Positions 9,067 to 18,092 of a DNA stretch of 34,478 nucleotides are shown here, in pieces. The stretch's first letter is position 1, and every line of letters starts with the position of its first letter. The stretch is from Tubiluchus corallicola (lineage: Eukaryota; Animalia; Priapulida): positions 61,107 to 95,584 of the forward strand of contig JAQGDQ010002398.1 in assembly GCA_030141605.1 (NCBI GenBank), written 5' to 3'. Both the position numbers and the translations under genes were made by a program. The notes beneath the pieces are model-generated. The model was not told the DNA's origin, did no database searches, and worked only from the letters and a program-made list of their open reading frames with translations.

Positions 9067-10404
9067 ATGTTAAGTGCTTTTATCTCATTTGTTGATCGTT
9101 ATCATCTATTTAAAGCAGAAGATAGAGTTTTATTGGCAGTAAGTGGGGGAATGGACTCAATGCTTATGGCATCTATTTTTTTAAAAAACCGCACTCATTT
9201 AGGAATAGCTCATTGCAATTTTCAGTTAAGAAAAGAGCAGTCTCAACAAGATGAATTTTTTGTAAAAAAATTTGCTCAGAAACACAAAGTGCCTTTCTAT
9301 AATGTGCAATTTGATACCCAAACGATAGCTGAAAAAGAAAAAATGTCTATTCAAATGTTGGCAAGAAAGCTACGCTATGATTGGCTACAAAAAATTGCTA
9401 CACTTCATAATTATAACTATATTGCTACTGCCCACCATAAAGATGATGCATTAGAAACTTTTGTGTTTAATATGGTTAAGGGAACAGGCATAGCGGGGTT
9501 GCATGGTATACGCCCGAAACATAAAAATATTATTAGACCTTTGCTGTTTGCTACGAAAAAAGAGATACAACAATATGTACTAGATAATAAAATAGCATGG
9601 CAAGAAGATACTTCAAATGTATCTAATAAATATCGCCGTAACTTTATAAGAAACGAGGTAGTGCCTAAGTTAAAAACAATTAATCCAAACCTTTTAAACA
9701 CATTTGACAACACCATTCAAAAGTTAAGAGAAGTAGAAGAAATATTTGAGGAGAGAGCAGACACTGTAGAGAAAGATATTGTAACGTCCCAACAAGGATT
9801 ATTGAAAATAGACCTTCAAAATTTATTGCAGATGAAAGGCAGTCGTGTTATTTTGTTTGAAATCATAAGAAAGTGGGGCTTTAACTTCCAACAAGCCTTG
9901 AGTATTATGCAAGCGGTGGCAAATAACAGCTCTGGAAAAATTTTTGATACCCCTACACATATACTTAATGTTGATAGAGGAAATGGATTGTTAGAGGAAA
10001 AGAAAGAGCTTGACAGAGATATAGTAACGGCTATTTACCCACAAGATGACTGTGCAAATTTTAATGAAAATAAATTGAAAATTTCCATAAAAGATGCAAA
10101 CTCAATCTCTATACATAATACAAATAGTAACATTGCCTTGCTGGACTATGACTCTTTACAATTCCCTTTAAAGATTAGGTACTTGCAGCCAGGCGATAAG
10201 TTTGTTCCTTTGGGCATGAAAAAGAAAAAAAAAATTAGCGATTTTATGATAGATGCAAAAATTTCATTACTTTTGAAAAGAAAAACTTTTTTAGTAATCA
10301 CACGTAATGAAATAATGTGGGTAGTGGGGCATAGAATAGATGATAGATTTAAAATTAAAAGTACAACAAAAAAAGTACTTAGACTTGAGTGGACACATGA
10401 TTAA
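9067..10404 (+). CDS. tilS: tRNA(Ile)-lysidine synthetase
   Basis: AVSGGMDSM PP-loop, AHCNFQLR, ARKLRY, ATAHHKDD, IIRPLL, RNFIRN and a TilS C-terminal domain. Confidence 0.96.
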   Translation: MLSAFISFVDRYHLFKAEDRVLLAVSGGMDSMLMASIFLKNRTHLGIAHCNFQLRKEQSQQDEFFVKKFAQKHKVPFYNVQFDTQTIAEKEKMSIQMLARKLRYDWLQKIATLHNYNYIATAHHKDDALETFVFNMVKGTGIAGLHGIRPKHKNIIRPLLFATKKEIQQYVLDNKIAWQEDTSNVSNKYRRNFIRNEVVPKLKTINPNLLNTFDNTIQKLREVEEIFEERADTVEKDIVTSQQGLLKIDLQNLLQMKGSRVILFEIIRKWGFNFQQALSIMQAVANNSSGKIFDTPTHILNVDRGNGLLEEKKELDRDIVTAIYPQDDCANFNENKLKISIKDANSISIHNTNSNIALLDYDSLQFPLKIRYLQPGDKFVPLGMKKKKKISDFMIDAKISLLLKRKTFLVITRNEIMWVVGHRIDDRFKIKSTTKKVLRLEWTHD

Positions 10405-10915
10405 GCTATTAAAAAAATCATATTCAAAAGAAGAAATTGACCTATTTGAATTTTTGTCAAATTGTGAGATGTTTGAAACACTTACCTCTAAGGAAATGTT
10501 GCGTTTTATGCCAGCCTTATATAAAAGACGCTACAGACAAAACGAAGTTGTTTACTTTCACCATGACCCTAGCAATGCTATATATATATTGAAGACAGGA
10601 GAAGTCTCCTTTTACTTTAATATCAACGAACAATTAGAAAAAATACATCAAATTCATCCCATTACAAGCTTTGGACACAGCACCCTAATAACAAACTCAA
10701 AAAGACTACAAACAGCAATAGTAACGTCTGCTGAAGCAGAAGTATATGTGATGCCTAGCGTGCAAATCATTGAAATTTTTGAAGATGATCTATCAATTAA
10801 GGCAAAAATATTTGAAAAATTATCAGAAATAAATAACAGATTTTATGTGAAAGTATTTAATGAATATAAAACATCATTAGGGCTTTTTGACATTAAAAAT
10901 GCATTTATAAATTAA
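10397..10915 (+). CDS. Stand-alone cyclic nucleotide-binding domain protein
   Basis: NEVVYFHHDPSNAIYILKTGEV...FGH...KRLQTA pattern of a cNMP beta-roll; no HTH; ATG overlaps the tilS 3' end. Confidence 0.8.
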   Translation: MIKLLKKSYSKEEIDLFEFLSNCEMFETLTSKEMLRFMPALYKRRYRQNEVVYFHHDPSNAIYILKTGEVSFYFNINEQLEKIHQIHPITSFGHSTLITNSKRLQTAIVTSAEAEVYVMPSVQIIEIFEDDLSIKAKIFEKLSEINNRFYVKVFNEYKTSLGLFDIKNAFIN

Positions 10916-10958
10916 CACCAAAATATTGTTTAACTCAAATTAATAAAATATAAAAGAT

Positions 10959-11891
10959 ATGAAAATAACAGTTGTTGGAGCCGGAAATGTAGGAGCTACT
11001 GTCGCAGACATTTTAGCGTATAGAGAAATTGCCAATGAAGTGCTAGTGCTTGATATAAAAGAAGGCTTAGCAGAAGGAAAAGCATTAGATATATGGCAGA
11101 AAGCGCCAATTGGCTTGTATGATACCTATACCTCTGGTACAAGTAATGATTACACAAAAACAAAAAATTCTGATGTTGTTGTAATTACTTCTGGATTGCC
11201 AAGAAAACCTGGAATGAGCAGAGATGACTTAATTGAAACCAATGCGAAGATTGTAAAAATGGTTACAGAAAATATTATTGAGCATTCGCCAAATGCTATT
11301 ATAATAGTAGTTTCCAACCCATTAGATGTGATGACTTATCAAGCCCATCTATCTTCTCAAAAATCAAGAAATAAAGTTATGGGTATGGCAGGCATATTGG
11401 ATACAGCGAGATATAGGGCTTTTTTAGCCGAAGCACTAAAAGTATCTCCCAAAGACATTCAAGCAATGATATTAGGAGGACATGGCGACACAATGGTGCC
11501 ACTACCGCGATATACAACGGTAGGAGGAATACCTGTGACAGAATTGATAGATAACGCCACTCTTAATCAAATTGTAGAGAGAACAAAAACAGGAGGAGGA
11601 GAGCTTGTGAAGTTAATGGGTACCTCTGCATGGTATGCACCAGGGGCAGCAGCAGTGCAAATGGTAGAGGCTATTGTTAAGGATCAAAAAAGAGTTGCTC
11701 CTGTATGTGTGAAGTTAGAAGGAGAATATGGAATAGATAACTGCTATTTAGGAGTTCCTGTAATTTTAGGTAAAGAAGGTATTGAGAAAATTATTGAACT
11801 AAAACTTAATAGTGCCGAATTGGACTTATTAAAGACCTCTGAAAAGCATGTAAGAGAAGTAATGCAAGTATTAGATAGATTAAACGCTTAA
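10959..11891 (+). CDS. mdh: Malate dehydrogenase (LDH-like)
   Basis: GAGNVG, GLPRKPGMSRDDL, VSNPLD, LDTARYR and GGHGD motifs. Confidence 0.97.
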   Translation: MKITVVGAGNVGATVADILAYREIANEVLVLDIKEGLAEGKALDIWQKAPIGLYDTYTSGTSNDYTKTKNSDVVVITSGLPRKPGMSRDDLIETNAKIVKMVTENIIEHSPNAIIIVVSNPLDVMTYQAHLSSQKSRNKVMGMAGILDTARYRAFLAEALKVSPKDIQAMILGGHGDTMVPLPRYTTVGGIPVTELIDNATLNQIVERTKTGGGELVKLMGTSAWYAPGAAAVQMVEAIVKDQKRVAPVCVKLEGEYGIDNCYLGVPVILGKEGIEKIIELKLNSAELDLLKTSEKHVREVMQVLDRLNA

Positions 11892-11913
11892 CATAAGCAA
11901 AAATTAGAAATTT

Positions 11914-11948
11914 AAAAGCCTCTCTATCTATTTTGAGAGGCTTTTTTT
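11914..11948 (+). terminator. Intrinsic terminator after mdh
   Basis: AAAAGCCTCTC-N10-GAGAGGCTTTTTTT. Confidence 0.8.
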
Positions 11949-11967
11949 ATATAAAAAATAATTTAAA

Positions 11968-12729
11968 ATGTTAGAGAGCATAGACATATATGGAGTAGCG
12001 ATACTGCTTATCGTAAGTTTTTTAGCAGGAGCATTAAATACTGTTGCTGGAGGAGGATCATTACTCACACTGCCCGTACTTATTTTTTTAGGTCTACCAT
12101 CGCCATTAGCTAATGCAACCAATAGAGTAGCTATTTTTTTTCAATCAGCTTTTTCTATTGCTGGATTCAAAAGTAAGGGAATATTCATGTTTAAATATAG
12201 TTTTGGATTGGCTATTGTTTCAGCACTAGGAGCGTTAGTTGGAGTTAAAATAGCTTTGAAAATAGATGAAGACACGCTAAATAAAGTGATAGCTGCCGTG
12301 TTGGTATTTGCACTGTTTTTTACTCTAAAAAAGATTAAACGCAATAAAGGAAAAAAAGCAAAAAAAGAGATAAAAAAGAATAATTTCCTTACCTATATTG
12401 CCTTTTTTGCCATAGGAATTTATGGAGGATTTATACAAGCGGGAATAGGATTTGTGATTTTATTTGTGTTAAGCGGATGGAAAGGCTTAAAGTTAGCTCA
12501 AGCAAATAGTATAAAAGTTTTTATTACTCTCTTTTTTACATCCATAGCACTAATTATTTTTATTCTGGAAGATAAAGTTGTTTGGCAATATGGCTTAGTG
12601 ATGATGGTAGGGACCTCTATTGGAGCATGGCTTACTAGCAGATGGTCTGTAGAGAAAGGAGAAAAATATATCACACCTGTTTTGATTGTTGCAGTTCTCA
12701 TTATGGCTGTTAAACTTTGGTTCTTTTAA
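11968..12729 (+). CDS. TSUP (TauE/SafE) family membrane transporter
   Basis: AGGGSLLTLP, ANATNR and YGGFIQAGIG motifs; about 8 TM segments. Confidence 0.9.
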   Translation: MLESIDIYGVAILLIVSFLAGALNTVAGGGSLLTLPVLIFLGLPSPLANATNRVAIFFQSAFSIAGFKSKGIFMFKYSFGLAIVSALGALVGVKIALKIDEDTLNKVIAAVLVFALFFTLKKIKRNKGKKAKKEIKKNNFLTYIAFFAIGIYGGFIQAGIGFVILFVLSGWKGLKLAQANSIKVFITLFFTSIALIIFILEDKVVWQYGLVMMVGTSIGAWLTSRWSVEKGEKYITPVLIVAVLIMAVKLWFF

Positions 12730-12750
12730 AAAACAAACTTATTTTTCTAT

Positions 12751-12779
12751 TAGTGCCTATAGTGCCTATAGTGCCTATA
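12751..12779. repeat. 9-bp tandem repeat (TAGTGCCTA)x3.2
   Basis: tagtgccta tagtgccta tagtgccta ta read directly from the sequence. Confidence 0.95.
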
Positions 12780-12945
12780 ACATTTGTTATAACAAAAAGT
12801 TATATTTAAATTAGACAAAAAAGCGAAAACAAATAAGTTCCATTCTATAATATTAGCAGGATTTGTTTTAGCATTTTTTAACAAAAGATACCTTTTACAA
12901 AGGTAGAAAAAATAGTAGTTGCCACAGAAAAACAAAAAAAAATAT

Positions 12946-12953
12946 TACATTTG
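12946..12953 (+). promoter_or_regulatory. -7 promoter box of the E1 gene
   Basis: TACATTTG, a perfect TAnnTTTG, 30 nt before the GTG start. Confidence 0.55.
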
Positions 12954-12983
12954 TAGTGTAACAAAAAAACAAAAAAAGCAGTT

Positions 12984-15410
12984 GTGAGGAAAGAAGTACA
13001 AATCAATAACAACACAATCACATCATCAGAGATACTTAATGATTATAAAATAGCTTGTGAGAGTAGGCATGTGAGCGTCTTAGCAAAAAGAGAAGTGTTT
13101 TCTGGAAAGGCAAAGTTTGGCATCTTTGGAGATGGTAAAGAGCTTGCACAAATAATTATGGCAAAGTTTTTTCAAAGAGGAGACTTTCGCTCTGGATATT
13201 ATCGTGATCAAACCCTCATGTTTATACTTGATATCATTAACTATCAACAATTTTTCTCACAAATATATGCCCATGCTGATACCACTTATGAACCCTCATC
13301 GGGCGGTAGAATGATGAATGCACATTTTGCAACAAGATGGATTGATGACAATGGCAATTGGAAAAATCAAACAACACTATATAATACCTCCGCCGATGTT
13401 TCCTCTATTTCTGCGCAGATGCCTAGAGTAGTAGGTTTGGGGTTGGCATCTAAATTATATAGAAATGTAGATATATATAAGAATGAAAACCACTTTTCTA
13501 AACAAGGAAATGAGGTCGTATTTGCGACCATAGGAAATGGAGGTGTTGCAGAAGGATTGTTTTGGGAAACAATCAATGCTATAGCAGTGCTACAAATCCC
13601 TTCTGTTGTAGCAATATGGGATGATGACTATTCTATTTCTGTACCCAACAAACTTCAGGTTGCAAAAGAAGATGTTTTTAAGGCTTTGCAAGGGTTTCAA
13701 AGTAAGAAAAATGAAAAGGGAATAGACCTCTATCAGGTTAAAGGTTGGGACTATGTGGGGCTATATAAGACATTTGAGAAAGCATCCAAAAACAGCAGAA
13801 CAAACCATATCCCAGCTGTGATACATGTTACCGAAATAGCTCAACAGCTTGGGCATTCGTCCTCAGGATCACATGAGCGGTATAAGTCAAAAGAACGTTT
13901 GCAATGGGAAAAAGAGTTTGATTGCAACAGAAAACTTCACGAATGGATAATTGACAATGATATTGCCACGCCAGAAACATTAGAACAAATAGATAAAGAG
14001 GCACTTGAAAAAGTAAAACAGATTAGAAACACTGCTTGGGAAGAATATTTACGAGAGAATAGAAAAGAGAAAAAACAGCTGTTTACTTTGGTTAGTGACC
14101 TAAAAGAAGAAACGCAAATAAAGGAAATTGAAAATTTAGAAAAGCAATTGGAGGCTTTGGCATATCCATTGAAAAAAGACCTCATAAGTACAGCAAAATC
14201 GGCACTTATAGCCTTGAGAAACAGAAAATCACAAAAAAAGAGTGCATTAAATGTATGGTTGGCAGAGAAGCTAAAAAAATATAAACAACAATACAGCACC
14301 CACCTATATAGCGATCATGCTGCTTCGGCTCTAAAAATTAAAGAAATAAAGCCCATATATAGTAGTGAAAATTTGAAAGAAGTGACGGGAAGAGAAATCC
14401 TTAATACATTTTTTGATATTGCATTTGCCAAAAACCCAAAACTAATAGCTTTTGGACAAGATCTAGGAAAGATAGGAGATGTAAATCAAGGGTTTTCTGG
14501 GTTGCAAGAAAAGTATGGAGAGGATAGGATTTTTGATGTTGGCATACGCGAACCAACAATTATAGGGCAGGGAATAGGATTGGCAATGAGAGGGTTTAGG
14601 CCCATTGCTGAAATACAATATCTTGACTATTTAATCTATGCTCTGCAAATCATTTCTGATGACCTTGCATGTTTAAGATACCGAACCGCAGGAGGACAAA
14701 AGGCGCCAATGATAATACGCACAAGAGGGCACCGCCTTGAAGGAATTTGGCACTCAGGATCTCCAATGAGCATGATACTTGGAGCTATAAGAGGAATATA
14801 TTTGTTAGTACCGCGCAATATGGTACAAGCCGCAGGGCTTTACAATACAATGCTAAAATCAGATGATGCGGCCTTGATGATTGAGAGCTTAAATGGATAT
14901 AGATTGAAAGAGGCTATGCCCGAAAATATAGGAGAATATACCGTGCCTTTGGGAGTGCCTGAAATTTTAAGAAAGGGAAATGATATTACTCTTGTTACTT
15001 TTGGGTCTATGTGCAAAATAGTTACCGAAGCTGCTGTTAGGCTTGAAAAAATAGGAATTGCTGCCGAAGTGATTGATGTACAGACGCTATTGCCTTTTGA
15101 TATTAACCACTCTGTTGTGCAGTCAGTGAAAAAGACAAATAGAGTTGTATTTATTGACGAAGATGTGCCCGGAGGAGGAAGTGCATATATGATGCAAAAA
15201 GTAGTAGATGAACAAAAAGCATATCAATACTTAGACTCACAGCCTATCGCCATTGCTGCAAAAGAACATAGACCAGCATATGGAACTGATGGAGACTATT
15301 TCTCTAAACCTAGTGTAGAAGATGTCGTTGACACTGTCTATGCTGTGATGAGGGAGGCAAAGCCAAATTTGTTTCCTGAATTGTATGAAAGAATAAAGCA
15401 CAGCGTTTGA
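12984..15410 (+). CDS. Fused alpha/beta E1 subunit of a 2-oxoacid (probably branched-chain) dehydrogenase
   Basis: GKAKFGIFGDGKE, GYYRDQT, TPP motif GNGGVAEG...N, HSSSGSHERYK, GIREPTIIG and transketolase C-terminal EVIDVQTLLPFD. Confidence 0.92.
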   Translation: MRKEVQINNNTITSSEILNDYKIACESRHVSVLAKREVFSGKAKFGIFGDGKELAQIIMAKFFQRGDFRSGYYRDQTLMFILDIINYQQFFSQIYAHADTTYEPSSGGRMMNAHFATRWIDDNGNWKNQTTLYNTSADVSSISAQMPRVVGLGLASKLYRNVDIYKNENHFSKQGNEVVFATIGNGGVAEGLFWETINAIAVLQIPSVVAIWDDDYSISVPNKLQVAKEDVFKALQGFQSKKNEKGIDLYQVKGWDYVGLYKTFEKASKNSRTNHIPAVIHVTEIAQQLGHSSSGSHERYKSKERLQWEKEFDCNRKLHEWIIDNDIATPETLEQIDKEALEKVKQIRNTAWEEYLRENRKEKKQLFTLVSDLKEETQIKEIENLEKQLEALAYPLKKDLISTAKSALIALRNRKSQKKSALNVWLAEKLKKYKQQYSTHLYSDHAASALKIKEIKPIYSSENLKEVTGREILNTFFDIAFAKNPKLIAFGQDLGKIGDVNQGFSGLQEKYGEDRIFDVGIREPTIIGQGIGLAMRGFRPIAEIQYLDYLIYALQIISDDLACLRYRTAGGQKAPMIIRTRGHRLEGIWHSGSPMSMILGAIRGIYLLVPRNMVQAAGLYNTMLKSDDAALMIESLNGYRLKEAMPENIGEYTVPLGVPEILRKGNDITLVTFGSMCKIVTEAAVRLEKIGIAAEVIDVQTLLPFDINHSVVQSVKKTNRVVFIDEDVPGGGSAYMMQKVVDEQKAYQYLDSQPIAIAAKEHRPAYGTDGDYFSKPSVEDVVDTVYAVMREAKPNLFPELYERIKHSV

Positions 15411-15520
15411 TTCAATTAAAAATTATTCCTTTTTTTCTTTGTAATCAAAAAAATTACTATCTTTAGCACACTATAACAACTACTTTGATACTTTAGTAAA
15501 ATAACAAAACTTATAAAATT

Positions 15521-16288
15521 ATGAAAACAAAACATTTATTGTTTTTGCCACTTATGGCAATACTATTAACAACGTGCAACACGTCTGACCTTGAAAGAAG
15601 AATCAAAGAACTCGAAGACCAACAAGGTGGAAATCTTGTTGAACTAAAATTCAAAACAGCAGGCATTGAAGACAACTCAGCAGCAAGGGTGATGGAAGAC
15701 GACTGGATGCCCAATGTATTGGAAATAGAAATAAACGGCACGGTAGTAAGGCGTAAAATAACTTTTACCGATGCCAATGAGATAAGCACCGATGCAAAAA
15801 TATATGTGCAAAACGGACAAAACGCCCTTAATAGGTTTGAGCTGCTAAATACCAATGATGTGCCGCTATATGAGTGCCCCAACACTATCAACTTTTCGGC
15901 AACAACTGGCACCACGCTTAACCTAACTGTGCCTATACAAAAATATGACGAAAATAAGCCAAAAAACACTTTTGAAGTGACTATCAACGTAGGAACGCTG
16001 GAGGGTGATTATGGTGTTTTCACACAAGAGCAATTTAACTTCATAAAAAGCTTAGAGTTTACAGATATTTCTCTTTCTTTATGGATTAGTAATAGAGTGG
16101 AGTTAGCGGGGTGGGAATGTAAAGCTACAGAGCTTATAAACAAATATTATGCGCCGGGAGATTTTGGACAAAAATTTTCTATTACAGATGAATGCACAAT
16201 CAACGGGGCTGTTTTGCCTGATTTTAATGCTTTTACGTCTGCAGAAGTAAAAGATGCTATTTTGGAGCAACTAAACTGCCAAGAATAA
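15521..16288 (+). CDS. Hypothetical lipoprotein
   Basis: MKTKHLLFLPLMAILLTT-C lipoprotein signal, short coiled coil (SDLERRIKELED), four further Cys; no family recognised. Confidence 0.75.
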   Translation: MKTKHLLFLPLMAILLTTCNTSDLERRIKELEDQQGGNLVELKFKTAGIEDNSAARVMEDDWMPNVLEIEINGTVVRRKITFTDANEISTDAKIYVQNGQNALNRFELLNTNDVPLYECPNTINFSATTGTTLNLTVPIQKYDENKPKNTFEVTINVGTLEGDYGVFTQEQFNFIKSLEFTDISLSLWISNRVELAGWECKATELINKYYAPGDFGQKFSITDECTINGAVLPDFNAFTSAEVKDAILEQLNCQE

Positions 16289-16298
16289 CCGCAACCAC

Positions 16299-16327
16299 AA
16301 AAAAAGGGAGCTTAAGAGCTCCCTTTT
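16299..16327. terminator. Bidirectional intrinsic terminator between the lipoprotein and tail-fibre genes
   Basis: AAAAAAAGGGAGCT-TAAG-AGCTCCCTTTT between convergent stop codons. Confidence 0.88.
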
Positions 16328-16330
16328 ACT

Positions 16331-17836
16331 TTAATTCAGACGTTCTATCCTATACGAAAAGTTTCTAAAAGTAGAGGTGTTTCCTCCTCCTAATTCAAAT
16401 AGGATCTTGTTGGCATCTACAATCTTATAATTAATGGTTGTTACGTCCCCTACAGCAGTTCTCTGAGAACTACATAGAACCAGCACATTGGTACTATTTA
16501 GTCCATGATTTATTATTGTATGAATGTTGGGAGATCCTCCAGAAGTCCCTTGTACTACTTTGTTGCTGATAACTCTTCCGTTATAATATTTGTGATATTG
16601 GCTTGCAATAGGAGTGGTATTGGTTGCTGCTCCTTGGTTAAATTCAACACTCGATGGAAAACGCCCTCTAAAAAATTCCAATTCTATAAAGTGCCAACTT
16701 CCACTATGTTCATACGTCTTAACCTGCACCTCATATATGTTTGTTGCAATTTCCACTACTTGTATTTTCGCGGTACTATTGGTTGCGTACCACTCTGCCT
16801 GCCATCTAGGTCCCTTGCCCTGATCTCTATTACTTGGACACAGTACCACTGCTTCTCCCCACAAATTCCGACTATTTCCAAAAATGGTGTTGTTGTTATA
16901 TATTTTAGCCTTAAAACTTCCATCATTCCCCTTATTAATAGTAACTCTTGCCGCCACCATAAACTCAGTGGAGCTAAAAAAAGCACCCGTATATTTTTTT
17001 TTGTCTCCGTATCTAAAATTATCCCCATCTATTCTCACATCGCCATTGTCTTCTTGGATTATGTTACCATCTTTAAATCGTTTATTTTCATCATCCCACA
17101 ATGGTATAGAGCTATCCGTGCTAAGTTGGTTAGTTATTTCATTTCTTTTTTCAGCCTCTTTCTCAATAGCATTTTGCGTGCTATTGGCTTCATAGTCTAC
17201 ATTACCATCATCAAAAGTTGTTTGCTCGGCAGTAACGCTGTGTGGGTTTCCTTTGTTAAATGAGTGGTTGTTCAGAGCCTTAGCGCTAGCAATGGTGATA
17301 CTCTTTTCTTCTTCGGTCAAATTTTCACTTTCGGGGTTGTCTGTAATATTTAACTTTTCTGTCAGAGCCCTTTCCCAAGTTCTTAAATAGTCATGCCTTA
17401 TTTTTACATATCCCTTATCTTGTGGTTCTTCATTGGTCAATTTAGCAATAATGGTCTCCCTTACTGGCATTATTTCTCCATTGGCATATGCGTCTAATTC
17501 GGTGGTTTTATCTTTTATTAAGAACTGAAAGTCGTCTAAATCTACGTTTGTTTCTCCATTAAACACGCAAATTTGTTGATCAATAACCACTAGCCCCTCT
17601 TCAATATCAAAGACATTTACAAGCGGGTTTCCGGCTTCATTTGTTCCTTCTACTGGTGTAAGTTCTAATCCGGAGATGACAAATCCTTCATTTGTGTTAT
17701 CTTTTTTTCTATATGGAATAGCAAAAAACTTATCCAATACTTGATATATTCCATTTTGCAACAATACATCTGCTGCATACAGTGGTCTACCTCCAGCTTC
17801 ATGCTTTATTCTTTTTATTTTGTTCAAAAGAGACAT
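16331..17836 (-). CDS. Phage tail-fibre-like protein
   Basis: N-terminal GGRPL..D..LQ / FVISGLEL / EGLVVIDQQICVFNG baseplate-attachment pattern, as recalled for Bacteroidota Mu-like phage fibres. Also ASAKAL, H..NKGNPHSVT, NSTQNAIE, SIPLWD...NGDVRI and HGLNSTNVLV fibre motifs, and a beta-rich C-terminus. Confidence 0.75.
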   Translation of the reverse strand: MSLLNKIKRIKHEAGGRPLYAADVLLQNGIYQVLDKFFAIPYRKKDNTNEGFVISGLELTPVEGTNEAGNPLVNVFDIEEGLVVIDQQICVFNGETNVDLDDFQFLIKDKTTELDAYANGEIMPVRETIIAKLTNEEPQDKGYVKIRHDYLRTWERALTEKLNITDNPESENLTEEEKSITIASAKALNNHSFNKGNPHSVTAEQTTFDDGNVDYEANSTQNAIEKEAEKRNEITNQLSTDSSIPLWDDENKRFKDGNIIQEDNGDVRIDGDNFRYGDKKKYTGAFFSSTEFMVAARVTINKGNDGSFKAKIYNNNTIFGNSRNLWGEAVVLCPSNRDQGKGPRWQAEWYATNSTAKIQVVEIATNIYEVQVKTYEHSGSWHFIELEFFRGRFPSSVEFNQGAATNTTPIASQYHKYYNGRVISNKVVQGTSGGSPNIHTIINHGLNSTNVLVLCSSQRTAVGDVTTINYKIVDANKILFELGGGNTSTFRNFSYRIERLN

Positions 17837-17897
17837 AAATTTTATTTTTATTTGTTAATGAAACGTTTTAATAGTTAGGGTGCCCTTGAATTTTTAT

Positions 17898-17929
17898 CAA
17901 AACTAAATTTGTATAAATGCAAAAACAAA
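17898..17929 (-). promoter_or_regulatory. Consensus Bacteroidota primary-sigma promoter for the tail-fibre gene
   Basis: Minus strand reads TTTG (17929-17926), 20 nt, TAGTTTTG (17905-17898), 61 nt upstream of ATG 17836. Confidence 0.68.
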
Positions 17930-18015
17930 AAACTGCTAATACACTTATAACATTTCCTAATTAAGTTAATAATAAAGGAGAATAGAGTAAGAGAGCTAAA
18001 GAAATAGTAAATTTC

Positions 18016-18076
18016 TTGTTACAAAAAGATAGTGTTGTATTATTTTTGTATAAACTTGTATTTTTATAAGTTTATA
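18016..18076 (+). promoter_or_regulatory. rnr promoter with adjacent inverted repeat
   Basis: TTG (18016-18018), 22 nt, TATTTTTG (18041-18048), then TATAAACTTGTA-tttt-TATAAGTTTATA (18049-18076). Confidence 0.5.
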
Positions 18077-18092
18077 TAAACACGAAAATATT

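Noticed and set aside
16331-16600. DGR variable region at the tail-fibre C-terminus
   Set aside because: No second copy (template repeat) was spotted by eye and no RT gene is in the window; a remote TR cannot be excluded.
16505-17263. 252-aa plus-strand ORF
   Set aside because: Antisense shadow of the tail-fibre gene, with implausible Ile/Phe/Ser/Cys-rich composition.
15411-18092. att sites or target duplication flanking the lipoprotein-fibre block
   Set aside because: Only a short imperfect AT-rich match (acactataaca / acacttataaca); no integrase or tRNA.
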